A program made the position numbers and the translations under genes. From Eledone cirrhosa (Eukaryota): a stretch of 64,000 bases of DNA. The stretch is from the NCBI GenBank assembly GCA_964016885.1, contig OZ024751.1, forward strand, positions 18,228,001-18,292,000. The letters run 5' to 3'. The notes below the pieces were generated by a model. The model was not told where the DNA came from. It did no database searches and saw only the letters and a program-made list of their open reading frames with translations. Shown here in pieces: positions 1 to 13,130 of this stretch; position 1 is the first letter of the stretch; every line of letters starts with the position of its first letter.

Positions 1-386
1 AGGCTTTTAATATCGAAGAATATGGCCGCTTTGCCAACCTTACTTCGATTTATTTTAGTAGGTCAAGTTTAACTGTGCCCGAGTTTATATACGCTATAAA
101 TTGCTATAAACTGCTAATTTCTCCATGGTCTGAAGATAAGTATTTTTCACTGGTAAAGGTTTAATTAGAATCGAAACCAATCACATCGATCTTGGTTTTT
201 CTGTTCACTAACCAATAAAACGTGTCGTTTAACCGCGCAGTTTACGTTTCAAAGCGAGGACAAAAACTATATTTATTACAAATTTAGTTTACATTTTAAC
301 CTATCTTATAAATACTGTACAGGGCATTATAGATTAATGAAATAATTAATCCATGTTGTCAGTGGATACACACTTGTCCCTTTTAA

Positions 387-426
<40 letters not shown>

Positions 427-1010
427 TATATATATATATGAATGATTCAGGGAATTACTGGTGTTGGTACTAAAGCAAGCATTCTATACACAGGTAGAGT
501 GTATATATTAGAAAAATACGAGTAAGTTTCGTTTACATGTATAAGATATTTATCGTGTATCGATCTATTACGTGCGTTTCGCGTAGACAGAGAGAGTGTG
601 CGTATATATCCCTTTAGTTATTATTCTCTAAGTGGTACATACTATAATAAAATCTGTCTTATTCATCGATCCATTTTCTCACTCTATTTTATACAGAATA
701 CCTTGGTTTAAGTTTCTAGCTATTACTGCACACACTGCAAAAGCTTCCAGTCATTACGGAACATACTATGTAAAACTTTCATCCTCTTGAATTTATACAA
801 AAAACTGTGGTTTGTTCTTTTGTCTATTAACTAGGGTATACCTGTTATGAATGTCTTCATATTTTACGTAACATATATGGAGAGGGGATGGGCTCGGCCA
901 GGTCTAACATTTTCAAAAGAATTCATAAGTAATTACGGGTACATATATACTGTTGTGCGTGAGTACGACGCCCCCCCCCTCCCCTGGCGAAAATGGGCTG
1001 GACCGCTACA

Positions 1011-1018
1011 TATAAATA
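1011..1018 (+). promoter_or_regulatory. LTR TATA box (TATAAATA) inside inverted repeat CCGCTAC/GTAGCGG
   Basis: Lies ~60 bp into the LTR after a C-rich tract, about 30 bp upstream of the minisatellite start. Confidence 0.5.
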
Positions 1019-1040
1019 GTAGCGGCCTGAGTAAATTGGT

Positions 1041-4000
1041 AAGTTGGTACTAGTTCCACAGTTCGTGTGTTGATAGTCAAAGTTGGTACTAGTTCCACAG
1101 TTCGTGTGTTGATAGTCAAAGTTGGTACTAGTTCCACAGTTCGTGTGTTGATAGTCAAAGTTGGTACTAGTTCCACAGTTCGTGTGTTGATAGTCAAAGT
1201 TGGTACTAGTTCCGCAGTTCGTGTGTTGATAGTCAAAGTTGGTACTAGTTCCACAGCCGTGTGTTGATAGTCGACGTTGGTACTAGTTCCACAGTCCGTG
1301 TGTTGATAGTCAAAGTTGGTACTAGTTCCACAGTTCGTGTGTTGATAGTCGAAGTTGGTACTAGTTCCACAGTTCGTGTGTTGATAGTCGAAGTTGGTAC
1401 TAGTTCCACAGTTCGTGTGTTGATAGTCAAAGTTGGTACTAGTTCCACAGTTCGTGTGTTGATAGTCGAAGTTGGTACTAGTTCCACAGTCCGTGTGTTG
1501 ATAGTCGACGTTGGTACTACTAGTTCCACAGTTCGTATGTTGATAGTCAAAGTTGGTACTACTAGTTCCACAGTTCGTATGTTGATAGTGAAAGTTGGTA
1601 CTAGTTCCACAGTTCGTGTGTTGATAGTCAAAGTTGGTACTAGTTCCACAGTTCGTGTGTTGATAGTCGAAGTTGGCACTAGTTCCACAGTCCGTGTGTT
1701 GATAGTCGACGTTGGTACTACTAGTTCCACAGTTCGTATGTTGATAGTCAAAGTTGGTACTACTAGTTCCACAGTTCGTATGTTGATAGTCAAAGTTGGT
1801 ACTAGTTCCACAGTTCGTATGTTGATAGTCAAAGTTGGTACTAGTTCCACAGTTCGTATGTTGATAGTCAAAGTTGGTACTAGTTCCGCAGTTCGTATGT
1901 TGATAGTCAAAGTTGGTACTACTAGTTCCACAGTTCGTATGTTGATAGTCAAAGTTGGTACTAGTTCCACAGTTCGTGTGTTGATAGTCGACGTTGGTAC
2001 TAGTGTCACAGTTCGTGTGTTGATAGTCGAAGTCGGTACTAGTTTCACAGTTTGTGTGTTGATAGTCGAAGTTGGTACTAGTTCCATAGTTCGTGTGTTG
2101 ATAGTCGACGTTGGTACTAGTTCCACAGTTCGTGTGTTGATAGTCGACGTTGGTACTAGTGTCACAGTTCGTGTGTTGATAGTCGAAGTCGGTACTAGTT
2201 CCACAGTTGGTGTGTTGATAGTCGACGTTGGTACTAGTTCCACAGTTCGTGTGTTGATAGTCGAAGTCGGTACTAGTTCCACAGTTGGTGTGTTGATAGT
2301 CGACGTTGGTACTAGTGTCACAGTATGTGTGTTGATAGTCAAAGTTGGTACTAGTTCCACAGTTCGTGTGTTGATAGTCAAAGTTGGTACTAGTTCCACA
2401 GTTCGTGTGTTGATAGTCAAAGTTGGTACTAGTTCCACAGTCCGTGTGTTGATAGTCGACGTTGGTACTACTAGTTCCACAGTTCGTATGTTGATAGTCA
2501 AAGTTGGTACTACTAGTTCCACAGTTCGTATGTTGATAGTCAAAGTTGGTACTAGTTCCACAGTTCGTGTGTTGATAGTCGAAGTTGGTACTAGTTCCAC
2601 AGTCCGTGTGTTGATAGTCGACGTTGGTACTACTAGTTCCACAGTTCGTATGTTGATAGTCAAAGTTGGTACTACTAGTTCCACAGTTCGTATGTTGATA
2701 GTGAAAGTTGGTACTAGTTCCACAGTTCGTGTGTTGATAGTCAAAGTTGGTACTAGTTCCACAGTTCGTGTGTTGATAGTCGAAGTTGGTACTAGTTCCA
2801 CAGTCCGTGTGTTGATAGTCGACGTTGGTACTACTAGCTCCACAGTTCGTATGTTGATAGTCAAAGTTGGTACTACTAGTTCCACAGTTCGTATGTTGAT
2901 AGTCAAAGTTGGTACTACTAGTTCCACAGTTCGTATGTTGATAGTCAAAGTTGGTACTAGTTCCACAGTTCGTATGTTGATAGTCAAAGTTGGTACTAGT
3001 TCCACAGTTCGTATGTTGATAGTCAAAGTTGGTACTAGTTCCGCAGTTCGTATGTTGATAGTCAAAGTTGGTAATACTAGTTCCACAGTTCGTATGTTGA
3101 TAGTCAAAGTTGGTACTAGTTCCACAGTTCGTGTGTTGATAGTCGACGTTGGTACTAGTGTCACAGTTCGTGTGTTGATAGTCGAAGTCGGTACTACTAG
3201 TTCCACAGTTTGTGTGTTGATAGTCGAAGTTGGTACTAGTTCCATAGTTCGTGTGTTGATAGTCGACGTTGGTACTAGTTCCGCAGTTCGTGTGTTGATA
3301 GTCAAAGTTGGTACTAGTTCCACAGCCGTGTGTTGATAGTCGACGTTGGTACTAGTTCCACAGCCCGTGTGTTGATAGTCAAAGTTGGTACTAGTTCCAC
3401 AGTTCGTGTGTTGATAGTCGACGTTGGTACTAGTTCCACAGTTCGTGTGTTGATAGTCAAAGTTGGTACTAGTTCCACAGTTCGTGTGTTGATAGTCGAA
3501 GTTGGTACTAGTTCCACAGTTCGTGTGTTGATAGTCAAAGTTGGTACTAGTTCCACAGTTTGTGTGTTGATAGTCGAAGTTGGTACTAGTTCCACAGTCC
3601 GTGTGTTGATAGTCGACGTTGGTACTACTAGTTCCACAGTTCGTATGTTGATAGTCAAAGTTGGTACTACTAGTTCCACAGTTCGTATGTTGATAGTCAA
3701 AGTTGGTACTAGTTCCACAGTTCGTGTGTTGATAGTCGAAGTTGGTACTAGTTCCACAGTCCGTGTGTTGATAGTCGACGTTGGTACTACTAGTTCCACA
3801 GTTCGTATGTTGATAGTCAAAGTTGGTACTACTAGTTCCACAGTTCGTATGTTGATAGTCAAAGTTGGTACTAGTTCCACAGTTCGTGTGTTGATAGTCA
3901 AAGTTGGTACTAGTTCCACAGTTCGTGTGTTGATAGTCGCAGTTGGTACTAGTTCCACAGTCCGTGTGTTGATAGTCGACGTTGGTACTACTAGTTCCAC

Positions 4001-4830
4001 AGTTCGTATGTTGATAGTCAAAGTTGGTACTACTAGTTCCACAGTTCGTATGTTGATAGTCAAAGTTGGTACTACTAGTTCCACAGTTCGTATGTTGATA
4101 GTCAAAGTTGGTACTAGTTCCACAGTTCGTATGTTGATAGTCAAAGTTGGTACTAGTTCCACAGTTCGTATGTTGATAGTCAAAGTTGGTACTAGTTCCG
4201 CAGTTCGTATGTTGATAGTCAAAGTTGGTACTACTAGTTCCACAGTTCGTATGTTGATAGTCAAAGTTGGTACTAGTTCCACAGTTCGTGTGTTGATAGT
4301 CGACGTTGGTACTAGTGTCACAGTTCGTGTGTTGATAGTCGAAGTCGGTACTAGTTCCACAGTTTGTGTGTTGATAGTCGAAGTTGGTACTAGTTCCATA
4401 GTTCGTGTGTTGATAGTCGACGTTGGTACTAGTTCCACAGTTCGTGTGTTGATAGTCGACGTTGGTACTAGTGTCACAGTTCGTGTGTTGATAGTCGAAG
4501 TCGGTACTAGTTCCACAGTTGGTGTGTTGATAGTCGACGTTGGTACTAGTTCCACAGTTCGTGTGTTGATAGTCGAAGTCGGTACTAGTTCCACAGTTGG
4601 TGTGTTGATAGTCGACGTTGGTACTAGTGTCACAGTTCGTGTGTTGATAGTCGAAGTCGGTACTAGTTCCACAGTTTGTGTGTTGATAGTCGAAGTCGGT
4701 ACTAGTTCCACAGCTCGTGTGTTGATAGTCGACGTTGGTACTAGTGTCACAGTTCGTGTGTTGATAGTCAAAGCTAGTACTAGTTCCACAGTTCGTATGT
4801 TGATAGTCGAAGCTGGAGTTCACAGTTCGA
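1041..4830. repeat. 39-bp minisatellite (~95 units; 42-bp +TAC and 38-bp variants) with higher-order structure
   Basis: Unit AAGTTGGTACTAGTTCCACAGTTCGTGTGTTGATAGTCA repeated head to tail with no spacers. Rare variants recur at ~1.1-1.15 kb and ~2.07 kb spacing. Confidence 0.97.
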
Positions 4831-5449
4831 GTTAGCGTATTGGATTGTTGGTTCTTAAAAAATTGCTCTTCCGTTACGTGTGGTTATTGCCGTTTGTTTC
4901 AATCATATCAATACACTGTTGCAGTGTATTCTTTTATCCATAAGGACATAACATATACATACATATGTATGGAAGAACTTTTAAACTTTGAACACAATTT
5001 CATAGAAATTATATTTAAATTTTACCCTTATACAACAGGATATTTTTTTAAACAAATTATTGGGTTATCAAGTATGATATTTGTAGAAATTTCTAGAAGA
5101 AAAACAAATTTCTACAAATTTCATTCTTGACGACCCAATATATGACCGATCGTTGCCATTAACAATTTTAGCTTTAAACCTCATATTGCATGTTTATTTA
5201 TTGATTTGTTCGTTTCATGTTAGTAATATTGGGATTTATCATAAATCCATATTAATCATATATTGAAGTTAGGACATTCACATAAAAATGTATGTCTTAT
5301 AACAGATATTCTTATATTATATATATATGGTCGGTGAATTGGTATTATCGGTAAAATGTCAGACACGATTTGTGACACAGAGTTACGTACCTTTATGTTT
5401 TAAGTTCAAATCGCACCGAGGTTAACTTTGCGAAGTCTACAAAATATGA

Positions 5450-5665
5450 TTTCTAGTATAGGCACAAGGCCAGAAATTTAGGGGTAGGGGAAAGTCGATT
5501 AAATCGACCCCAGTGCATTACTGGTGCTTTATTATATCGACCCCGTCAGGATGAAAGGCAGAGTTAACTTCGGCGGGATTTGAACTCAGACCGTAAAAGG
5601 CCGTAACTCTATGCTGCAAAGCATGGCATCTGATGCTCTACCGATACTGTCAACCCACTGCCCTT
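5450..5665 (-). mobile_element. tRNA-derived SINE family 1, nested within a plus-strand copy (5328-5432 + 5670-5765)
   Basis: Reverse complement of the family consensus TGGCAGTATCGGTAGAG...GAGTTCAAATCCCGCCGAGGTTAACTTTGCCTTTCATCCTTACGGGGTCGATAAAATAAAGTACCAG, with Pol III A- and B-box-like motifs. Confidence 0.85.
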
Positions 5666-6255
5666 GCGGTCGACAAAATATAATACCAGTAACTCACTGG
5701 AGATCGATTTAATCGCCTTTCTTCCTCCCTTCTAAATGCTGGTCTTGTACCAAAAGTAGAAACATTTAACATCTTTTGTCTCCTACTGCGAAGCACGGAA
5801 AAAAAAAAGATTTTTATTATTTTGTTGAGATGAAACTATTGTAATAAAGTAATAACGGAATTATTACATTAAATATTTGTTTACAATAAACCCCATCGTT
5901 TCTAACAGATACTGTGCTCGCATGCACGCATACACAAACACCAACATACTCACACGGACATATGTATATTTTTTTCTCTAAAATAGGTGACTAGAAATAC
6001 ACGTGCTTTTAATTTTTCTCAAAAACACTTTTTCCGTTCCTTCCTTTTCTCACACCCAAACATTCTATTTTTACCTTTTATTTCTGATTCTATCTTCTGA
6101 TGAAAGATTAGTGTCCGAAATGTATATACGCAATTTCTATTATATCAAACGATAAAATAATATATTTCTTCATTGTACCTTGTTGTTTACATTATACCTT
6201 GTTGTTTCCGTTTACTTTTTGCATATATATATATATTTACATATATATATATATA

Positions 6256-6455
6256 ACGAAGGAGTTGTGGTAAGGAACCAGATGGACCATAACGCACCAG
6301 AGTACTCAATACTTATGGTAGCAGAGTGGGTAATTGGAGCAAGTGTGACCCCGACTGCAGAGCTCAAGCCGTTTCGACCGCTATTTCTGGACTATATAGT
6401 CCAGAAATAGCCACCGAAACGGCTTGAGCTCTGCCGTCGGGGTCATACTTTCTCA
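6256..6455 (-). mobile_element. Family A fold-back element (Penelope-like end with the 3' half of a hammerhead)
   Basis: Flanked by (TA)n. ~55-60 bp inverted arms centred on GGACT-ATAT-AGTCC (~6395). Carries GAAACGGC..GCCGTC (stem III plus GUC site). The tail is shared with 6 other copies. Confidence 0.7.
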
Positions 6456-6746
6456 TATATATATATGTGTGTGTGTATGTGTGTGTGTGTGTCTGTAAAT
6501 ATCATATGCTAAATCAGTCACACATAAACAGACAAAAATGAAACACCTTCACGCAAAATCTCATTAAAACATGTGTTAAAACAATACATTAAATTTGAAG
6601 AATAAATAATAAGAGATAACAGAAAAAGTAAGAGACTAAAAAAATAACATTATAAAGACTTCCCCCCAAACTCTTCACCACCACACTACTAAATAATATA
6701 GTATCGTACAATATACACAATTAAAAAACAATTAACCAGCTATTGT

Positions 6747-6777
<31 letters not shown>

Positions 6778-6853
6778 ATATATCTGTATATATATACATA
6801 TATTGTTATACTTGGGGAGGGTTATATTGTATACATATATATATGTATATATA

Positions 6854-6909
<56 letters not shown>

Positions 6910-7140
6910 CATATATGCATATATATATATATATGCATATATATATATATATTTATACATATATATATATATACACATACATATATGCATATATATATAT
7001 ATACATACATATATGCATATATATATATATTTATATATATATGTGTGTGTGTGAAATTGCATGTTAGTATATAAACAGAAATATATGTATATATATGTAT
7101 GTATATACATATATGTATATATATACACACACACATACAT

Positions 7141-7177
<37 letters not shown>

Positions 7178-7658
7178 AGACAAACCTAACCAAAGCAGCT
7201 ATTATACGGAAACAACCCCAGTAGTATTATGAAAAAATATATAAGAAAACAAGCCTCTTCAACTGTTTAAGCTAATGGACTAGAAAATTTTTAAATTGAA
7301 CCTCTCCCTGGTGAATTAGAAATATTCTAAATCAAATGCTACTGAAAGAATCATGGAAGACATTTAACTAATGCGTTGAATGTCAATGGAGAAAATGTTT
7401 AAATATGCATCGTCTGGAGAATAAATAAACATTTGGAGGTCAGAGTAAAGTTTGGTGAAACACAGAATCAACGCCACCAAAATTTTTTGATGATTTTATA
7501 TTGAAAAACAAACAAACTAACAAAATGTTTTCTGGTGTTTTACTTATTGTTTAATACTTATTTTAAATAAAAGTAGGAACACATCTATATCAGCGTCCAT
7601 GTTGTGTGGCTTGGGTTGTGTATATATTTATACATGTACATATATAAATGTGTGTGTT

Positions 7659-7750
<92 letters not shown>

Positions 7751-7849
7751 CTTATCTAAGTGTATGTATATATGTGCATATATATATATATATATTATAT
7801 ACTTTTCTAAGTGTATGTATATATGTGTGTATATATATAGAGATAATAA

Positions 7850-7913
<64 letters not shown>

Positions 7914-8224
7914 TTAGCTAAGTGTATGTATATATGTGCATATACATATATATACTTTTCTAAGTGTATGTATATATGTGCGTATATATATATGATATAT
8001 ATATGTGTGTGTGTGTGTGTTTTGTTGTTTATGATGTGAATTGTATTAAAAACTACAAAATAAACATGAAAAAAGACAAAGGAAGCCAATGTATAAAATG
8101 CTATCATAATTGAATTCACATACATAATTGACGGTGTTTAACCGTATTTTCTGGGTTCGAATCATGCTAACGTCCAATGTGTATTTATTCTGAAGGGGTT
8201 ATTATAGTACCATATAAATGAATG

Positions 8225-8370
8225 TGAAAGCACATGGCTTAGTGGTTAGAGCATTGGGCTTGCAATCGAAAGGTTGTGAGTTCAATTCTCGGACCGGGTG
8301 ATGTGATGTTTACTTGAGCCAGACACTTTATTTCACGTTGCTCCAGTTTACTCAGCTGTAGAAATGAGAT
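8225..8370 (+). mobile_element. tRNA-derived SINE family 2 (CORE-like)
   Basis: A box TGGCTTAGTGG and B box GAGTTCAATTC, followed by CTTGAGCCAGACACTTTATTTCACGTTGCTCCAG...CTGTAGAAATGAG, which resembles the CORE domain. Confidence 0.75.
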
Positions 8371-9695
8371 GATAGGACTAGGGTCCCTATCATTAAATCA
8401 CCCTATCATTAAGACACGTGCAACGAGATATACCTTGGAGGAGGCCAGCTAAACCTGCATAGGTGTGAGCTGTCACACACACACACATATAAATGAATTC
8501 ACAGGCTTGATTTGATCGACTTTCCAAATTCCCTGAATTGCTGGCTTTGTGTCTAAATTAGCAACCATTTAGCGTGGAGCATATAATTTCGAAATTTAGT
8601 GACGTCTGTTTTCATTGTTATTTGAAATCCTGCAGATGTCGACCTTGCCTTTTATACAGCCGGGATTGATAAAAATATCATTCAAGTATTGGGGGTCCAT
8701 AAAATAATGTCCCAATCAAGTACTGAGTTCAATAATTCAAGTAATGGGGCAGGGGTCCATAAAATAATGTACCAATCAATTAGTGAGTTGGATAATGCAT
8801 ATTCCCCTCCCCCAAAATGTATGGTTAAACGAGTTCGGCCTAACCTGAGCAATTCAATTTAAAAGGCTAGTAACTCACAACTTCTCTTTCTCCTTGTCCG
8901 TTCCAAATATCTCCAGCAAGAGAAGGCTAAGGGCTTGGTTTCAGTTGTCCAAGGCTATTTGATCCTTCTCCATAAATTCGAAGCCATGCACAGGACGACG
9001 AAACCGTTCTGCATGCAGACGTTCAATATCCGAGAATTAATGACCAGTTGAATTATACCGAACAGTTGCAGATATGCGTTGGATGGATTTCGATATCAGC
9101 CGAGTCAATCGGGAAATCGCTCCATCGCCTTTATTTACTAACGGTCTGCATTCTGAGTTTAATTCCAGTTGTAGTTACTGTCCGGCCTGACACCATCCAA
9201 GGTTATTTCTGATTTCTCACGCAGAGATGGGTTGTCATAATTATGATTAAGAAATTGCAGCTACTCCAGTTTTGAAATTAGAGTGATCTTACTGTTAGTC
9301 CGCCTGCCATACAAGGCTTACGAGTTCGGCCTAACCTGAGCAATTCGATTTAAAAGGCCATTAACTCACCTCTGCTCCTTCACCTTGTCATTTCTTCCAA
9401 ACATCTTCGCCAAGAGAAAGTCAGGAGTTTTGTTTGTCAGAGACTATATGTGACGCGAGCCGTTTGGACCATTTTAGTAGATGGTACATTCTCAGGGCTA
9501 TTCGCAACACAGCAATTATAAGCTTAGGACACAAGCACATACACACACGCACATACACACACACACACGCATATATATATATATAACACTTGATGCATAG
9601 GTGGGTCCGTTTTAATACATGGTGTTATACATTTTGTGTTATACTATGTTCAGTTTCTTTCATAATATGTATGAACGAGGTATCGGAGTCTATTC

Positions 9696-9785
9696 AGGTG
9701 TGTCGCGCGTTTCGCTATTGGTCGGTTCAAGATGCGATCTGTATCGATAGGCCCCGATTCAAGTATAAATAGCTCATCGGCCTTT
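9696..9785 (-). ncRNA. Degenerate hammerhead motif, family J (CCGAUGA core, long stem II)
   Basis: Minus strand reads CCGATGA-gctatt..aatagc-GAAA-cgcgcg-AC. Homologous to 15779-15863; the cleavage triplet and stem I are damaged. Confidence 0.5.
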
Positions 9786-10106
9786 CAATTGTAATGTATT
9801 TATTACATTGTAATGTATATATTATATTTTACTATTCTGAAGATATATACAGACATAAATTGTCATATATATATATATGAATGAATATTAATATGAATAT
9901 TAAAACTCAACCCCGACATTGAGTAATCTTTTCTTTCAGCATTCAATCTCAACCACTTACAGATATATACATATATATATATGTAGGAGGTGAGTTTTAT
10001 TGTAGTACAATAAAGCAATGCAGATATCGGATAAGAAGCACTCTACAGTTTGTAGAACTGGAGTATATATAATATAAGATCAAAAGATGGTTAAAGGAGT
10101 TCCATG

Positions 10107-10177
10107 TATTTTATTATGCGCATTTCAAAAACAAACATCATCATGCAATAATATTTGTGTTTTCATCAGATAAAACA
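10107..10177 (-). ncRNA. Type I hammerhead ribozyme, family B (left arm)
   Basis: Reverse complement of 10277-10347. Confidence 0.75.
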
Positions 10178-10276
10178 GGAGAACATACGAAGGCTAAAAA
10201 CACTTGTGGATAGTGCATATGTTGATTTAAAACTGCACTATCCACAAGTGTTTTTAGCCTTCATATCATGTTCTCC

Positions 10277-10347
10277 TGTTTTATCTGATGAAAACACAAA
10301 TATTATTGCATGATGATGTTTGTTTTTGAAATGCGCATAATAAAATA
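10277..10347 (+). ncRNA. Type I hammerhead ribozyme, family B
   Basis: tgttttat-CTGATGA-[stem II]-GAAA-tgcgca-TA/ataaaata. 8-bp stem I, palindromic stem III ATGCGCAT, AUA cleavage site. Confidence 0.8.
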
Positions 10348-10385
10348 CATGTAACTCCTTTAACCATCTTTTGATCTTATATTAC

Positions 10386-10443
<58 letters not shown>

Positions 10444-10742
10444 CCGTAAGTGGTTGAGCTTGACTGCTGAGAGAAAAGAGTACTCAATGCCGGTGTTGAG
10501 TTTTAGTATTCATTTTATTCAGGCTAAATGGTGATTCTTCTTACTCTTGAGTTTCTTCTGTTTATCACAAGAATTCTTGTTTAATGATACTGCGATAATA
10601 TGAAATTTGTAGAAATTTGTTGTTTTCCTAGAAATTTCTACCAATTTCATACAATTTATACCAAGCACACACACACGCACACGCACACGCACACACACAG
10701 GCACACACACACACACACACACACAGGCACACACACACACGC

Positions 10743-10832
<90 letters not shown>

Positions 10833-11221
10833 TTACGATTGCAAAGGTTGTACTCGCCAGCTGAAAAGAGACAGTCTATTTTTAAACATGACAATGGTAG
10901 AGGGACGACATAAATATAATATTGTTATTTAATTTAACCATAGACCAGAATTTCTTCAGTGGTTACTGAACCGGAACTTCCATGTTTTGTTTCATAATCT
11001 TTTGTTGTTGTTCATCCATCGATGGATAATACTCACACTTGAATAACATACATATATATAAATATATGCATACATATGAATATATATATATATATATATA
11101 TATACATACATACACGCACACAAACACACACACACATATATATGTTCATAAATATACATATGCATACATGTGAATATATATAAATATATCTCTATATATA
11201 TATATATATATTCACATGTAT

Positions 11222-11326
11222 GCTCTGCCGTCGGAGTCATACATTTTCCTATTTCCCACTCTACTACCTTATTGAGTACTCTGGTGCGTTATGGTGCATC
11301 TGGTTCCTTACCACAATTCCTTTGTT
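11222..11326 (+). mobile_element. Family A 3' fragment
   Basis: CCCACTCTACTACC..TTGAGTACTCTGGTGCGTTATGG..CTGGTTCCTTACCAC ending in (TA)n. Confidence 0.7.
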
Positions 11327-11437
11327 ATATATATATATATATATATATGCATATATGTGAATATATATATATATATTAGGTTAACGCTTCATAGAGCCGG
11401 AAGAGGGTCTTAACATTTCGGACGCTAGTCCTTCACA

Positions 11438-11501
<64 letters not shown>

Positions 11502-11898
11502 GCATACTTGTGAATATATATATTTATGCACACAGAAGTATATATATATATATATTTAGGATAATTGAATTAAAAAAGAACTATAGTTATATATCAAAGA
11601 TGAATAAATACTATGCATACACATACGCACATTCAATGCGGAGGCAGCTTGCTACATACAGGTCGAGTGTGCATTATGTGTGCACATATGGTGACATATA
11701 TGTTTCATTGATGAACTAAGTCTTATTGAACAGCTTACTTCTCAGCTGTTACACATGTTGGACTTCTCTGTGCAGTATAATGTAGTTTTGTGTTTGTGGA
11801 AGCATGGCTTAGTACTGCATTGTTCAACAGTAGTATTCATTCTATCCCCCTTCTCTCTCACGGTCACTCTATCTCATTCACTCTCTCTCTCGCTCTCG

Positions 11899-11948
<50 letters not shown>

Positions 11949-12159
11949 CTCTCTCTCTCTCTCTCTCACTCTATCTCTCACTCTCACTCTATCTCATTCT
12001 CTAATTCCAACTCTCTCTCTCACCCACTGACTCACCCACTCTCTCTCACTCTATCTCATTTTCTCACCCACTCTCTCTCACTCTATCTCATTCTCTCTTA
12101 TCCCAACTCTCTCTTTCTCTATCTCACTCTCACTCTCTCACACTTTCTCTATCTCACTC

Positions 12160-12201
<42 letters not shown>

Positions 12202-12396
12202 ACTCTCACTCTCTCACTCTCTCACTCTCTCACTCTCTCTCTCTCTCTCACTCTCTTGTTATGTTGCTCACTCATTCTACACCAGTTTTCAACATCCTCG
12301 AATGCTCATCTTCACAAATATATTTAGCTATATATGTTGGTCTCCCATATCCCCACACGTATCTATTCTAGCTCCCTTTTATTAACTTCAAATCCA

Positions 12397-12585
12397 GCGG
12401 TGGTTTTGCTGTATCGGTAGAGGGTCAGACGCCATGTTTTTCAGCATAGAGTTACGGCCCTTTATGATCTGAGTTCAAATCACGCCGAGGTTAACTTTGC
12501 CTTTCATCCTTACGGGTTCGATAAAATAAAGTACCAGTAATACACTGAAGTAATTGCTGGCCTTGTGCCAAAAGTAGAAACAATT
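12397..12585 (+). mobile_element. SINE family 1
   Basis: Full-length match to the window's family consensus. Confidence 0.85.
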
Positions 12586-12944
12586 ATCTGTCTTCATTTT
12601 CCCCCAGCTTTTCTACATCACTTTCATATTCTCTCTCAACCTTCTGATGAAGGGCTTAATCCGAAACGTTCAATATTAACTTTTTTCCCATTTCTCTTGA
12701 ACATTAACAAAATTGTTTCTATTTTTTTACATATGGCCAGCAATTACCGCAGTGCATTGCTGGTACTATATTTTATCAACTCCATAAGGATGAAATGCAA
12801 AGTTAACCTCGGTGGGATTTGAACTCAGGCCGTAAAGGGCCGTAACTCTATGCTTCCAAAGGCTTGTGACACAAGATGAAACCACTTGGCGCCGCGGTCG
12901 GGATTTGACCTATATATCTCTCTATCACTCTTTCTGCTCTGTAC

Positions 12945-13130
12945 GGCTGTAGATTGGCAGTATCGGTAGAGGGTCGGACGCCATGCTTTGCAGTAAAGAG
13001 TTACGGCCCTTTCCATTCTGAGTTCAAATCCCGCCGAGGTTAACTTTGCCTTTCATATTTATGGGGTCGATAAAATAAAGTATCAGTCACGCACTGAGTA
13101 ATTGCTGGCCTTGTGCCAAATGTAGAAACT
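12945..13130 (+). mobile_element. SINE family 1 (a partial minus-strand copy lies at 12735-12865)
   Basis: Full-length match to the window's family consensus. Confidence 0.85.

Larger units (their letters stand above)
951..4953 (+). mobile_element. Solo LTR (BEL/Pao- or Gypsy-like termini) expanded by an internal minisatellite
   Basis: Starts TGTTGTG (951) and ends CATAACA (4953), an imperfect terminal inverted repeat with TG...CA ends. Identical 5-bp TATAC lies on both flanks (946-950, 4954-4958). TATA box at 1011; hairpin AATACACTG-ttg-CAGTGTATT near the 3' end. Confidence 0.8.
9983..10386. mobile_element. Family B fold-back element with a hammerhead in each arm
   Basis: ~150-bp inverted arms centred at ~10225, flanked by (TA)n. 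The same family occurs at 19425-19742 and 21978-22082. Confidence 0.8.

Noticed and set aside
125-200. CTGAAGA...GAAACCAA..TTGGTT hammerhead-like motif
   Set aside because: Stem III pairs, but stems I and II do not pair convincingly; at most a decayed copy.
1041-4830. CRISPR-like array, or long repetitive proteins (1192, 691, 501 and 491 aa ORFs)
   Set aside because: There are no unique spacers and no cas genes, and the context is eukaryotic. ORFs occur in several frames on both strands because the unit length is a multiple of 3, and 38-bp units shift frame freely.
5080-10660. Hairpin TTTGTAGAAATTT..AAATTTCTACAAA at 5080-5125 and 10600-10650 as a long stem III
   Set aside because: A real two-copy repeat, but no recognisable CUGANGA was found upstream in either copy.
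6090-12680. CTGATGA-N12/13-GAAA motifs at 6097 and 12644, and a half motif at ~11415
   Set aside because: No stem I complement after the putative cleavage site. Probably decayed, so not counted.
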